From Hydrurus foetidus (Eukaryota): DNA of 40,477 nt. Below are positions 38,817 through 40,477 of the stretch, one piece after another. The stretch covers positions 124,001-164,477 of the forward strand of contig UYFQ01000083.1 in NCBI GenBank assembly GCA_900617105.1. The letters are read 5' to 3'. The notes under the pieces are model-generated. The model made no database searches. It was not told the origin of the DNA and worked only from the letters and a program-made list of their open reading frames with translations. Each line of letters starts with the position of its first letter. Positions within the stretch are counted from its first letter, which is position 1. The position numbers were made by a program, and so were the translations under genes.

Positions 38817-40477
38817 TTAGCGGGTGCGGGGGAGCTTCTTTCTTGCATTGGTATCCCAGGAATATGCGTCCTCTTCTTCAGTCTTTTCCTCAAGAACTTT
38901 CTTCGCCGCTGTCTTTTGCTTCCTTGGTTTCTTTACAATCGGATTCACTTCTTTCTCTAATGGGATGGTGAGTTGGGACGACCGGGTTATATTCTTGGAT
39001 AAAGTTTCCTTTGGCGTTTCGACGTCTGCTTCCTTCGATTTACCGCTGATGAATATACGGGAAATTGGTACATGGGTTGGTGTGTTGTTCAAGATCGATG
39101 AGAGAATAATATTTTCCTCAGCGGTAAATTGGGTATCTGGACATGAGAAGGATTGACTGCTTCTTTTGGAACCCCCTGAATTTCGGCTTGATATAGATGT
39201 GTCCAGGCCTTTGTTTTCAATGATGACTTCTCCCTCCCCTTCAGAATCCGATGAATCAAAAACTGATCGTTGAGTCTCTTCTTCCATTGCGTCTTCAGTA
39301 TATCGGGTATATTCTCGTATGGGTCGGTATGATCGTACGTATCCTCCTCATTATCGTTGTCCTCATCTACCGCTTCTTCCCGTGAAACAGGAGGTACGGA
39401 GACATCCTCACGTTGATCCTCCTCTTCCTCTACATCCTCTACGTCTATTTCCTCATGGTACAATTCCTCGTCATCTGAATTTGTTTTAGCGCATTGAGCT
39501 TCATGATCTGATAAGTCTTCATTCCATTTCTCAGTAACTCCCGGTAATCGAGCCTTAACATTCGGTAGAGATTCCTTAACTTCAGTTTTCTTCTTGTGCA
39601 CAATCTTAGTGATAGTTGACTGCTGCTCATCATCAGTGGAGGTGTCGCACAGGTCATACATAGTCAACTTGTTCTGGATGAGATCTTTAAGTTCTCTTTT
39701 CGTCCGCAGCAATTCATCCTCATCATCATACAGCTCCAGGATAGATACAATTTGAGCTCTTCAATTCTCTGACGAATAAAGACAGTAAAGAAAACGTCAA
39801 GGCACAGAATGATCATTATTATTCAATTCAGGCACGAAAAGATCTCACCTTCTCACGGGACTTCAAAGCCATGGAGTATTGGAATCCTAAGACATTGTTC
39901 TTCTGAACTCGTCTATCCTTCCGCTCTGAGATCTTACTATCGGAGGGCAATTTTAGATCTTTATTCAATGCTTCGATATCTGCTACTCTCTTCTTCTCAC
40001 GTTGGGCTCTACGCGCCTCAGTTTTGGTTGCAGGTCTCATTGTGGAGGATGATGTGATATCTGACGGAATAGTTGATTTCCTACATATTATATAGAAGAT
40101 TCATATGATTAGAGAGGATCAACTTCCATGTACTGTATCAAATCGACTTACTGAATAAAGAATGCCGTCTCGGGATTATCAGATGCTCGACCAAATGCCA
40201 AGAAGGTTTCCCATTCGCAGGGTACATATGATGGTTTGAATGGTTTTAACTTGTAGGATGGAGGATGTTTAGAACGAGCTTTGGCCGCCAGTTGTTCTTG
40301 CTTGTACAGAATTTTCTTGGTGTTGAAGAGAGTTGTTTCCTTTGTCTGGCCCGATGGAGGAAAGCCATCTGGTCCTAATAACGACACGTAGATGGGGGTA
40401 ATTTGGTTGTTGATATACTTCTTGATGGCGCAAAATTTCCTCCAAAGTGATGCCCCATTGTGAATTTCCTTGTCGGT
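38817..40477 (-). pseudogene. Harbinger second ORF (Myb/SANT or NAM-associated-like), 5'-truncated by the window, apparently frame-disrupted
   Basis: From the window end: ASLWRKFCAIKKYINNQITPIY...PPSGQTKETTLFNTKKILYK, resembling Harbinger ORF2 proteins. An in-frame GT-AG intron (40151-40081) leads to a coiled-coil/acidic region. Frame changes near 39745 and 39290 are not explained by clear introns. Confidence 0.55.

Larger units (their letters stand above)
36880..40477. mobile_element. PIF/Harbinger-type DNA transposon; left end approximate, right end outside the window
   Basis: A transposase ORF plus a convergent second ORF, the usual Harbinger layout. Repeated subterminal motifs: aaatcgccac x2 (36890, 36916) and cttatgacg x3 (36947, 37029, 37087). 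Confidence 0.75.

Overview
Intron-rich eukaryotic nuclear DNA. The organism is most likely a flagellated ochrophyte (stramenopile) alga with a complex plastid: three genes carry bipartite signal+transit peptides cleaved before Phe, and a ciliary transition-zone gene is present. Manually spliced host genes in order: 3' part of meckelin/TMEM67 (+), a membrane-anchored ATP-grasp protein (-), NADH-cytochrome b5 reductase (+), a plastid HHL1/DUF6523-like protein (+), plastid porphobilinogen synthase (+), a 22-exon plastid PNPase (-), an FMC1-like LYR protein (+) and a bacterial-type trans-aconitate methyltransferase (-). The last 9 kb are mobile DNA. First is a complete 5,505-bp IS3EU-like DNA transposon (92/93-bp TIRs, 5-bp GCAGG target duplication, an intact 5-exon DDE transposase and a convergent Zn-finger accessory gene). 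A PIF/Harbinger element follows immediately and runs off the window. Notable oddities: a 97-bp element duplicated in introns of two unrelated genes that looks like a variant C/D-box snoRNA (or a MITE), a PNPase intron with no AG acceptor, and a small MITE-like inverted repeat. All gene models and family calls come from reading motifs by eye; no searches were run.
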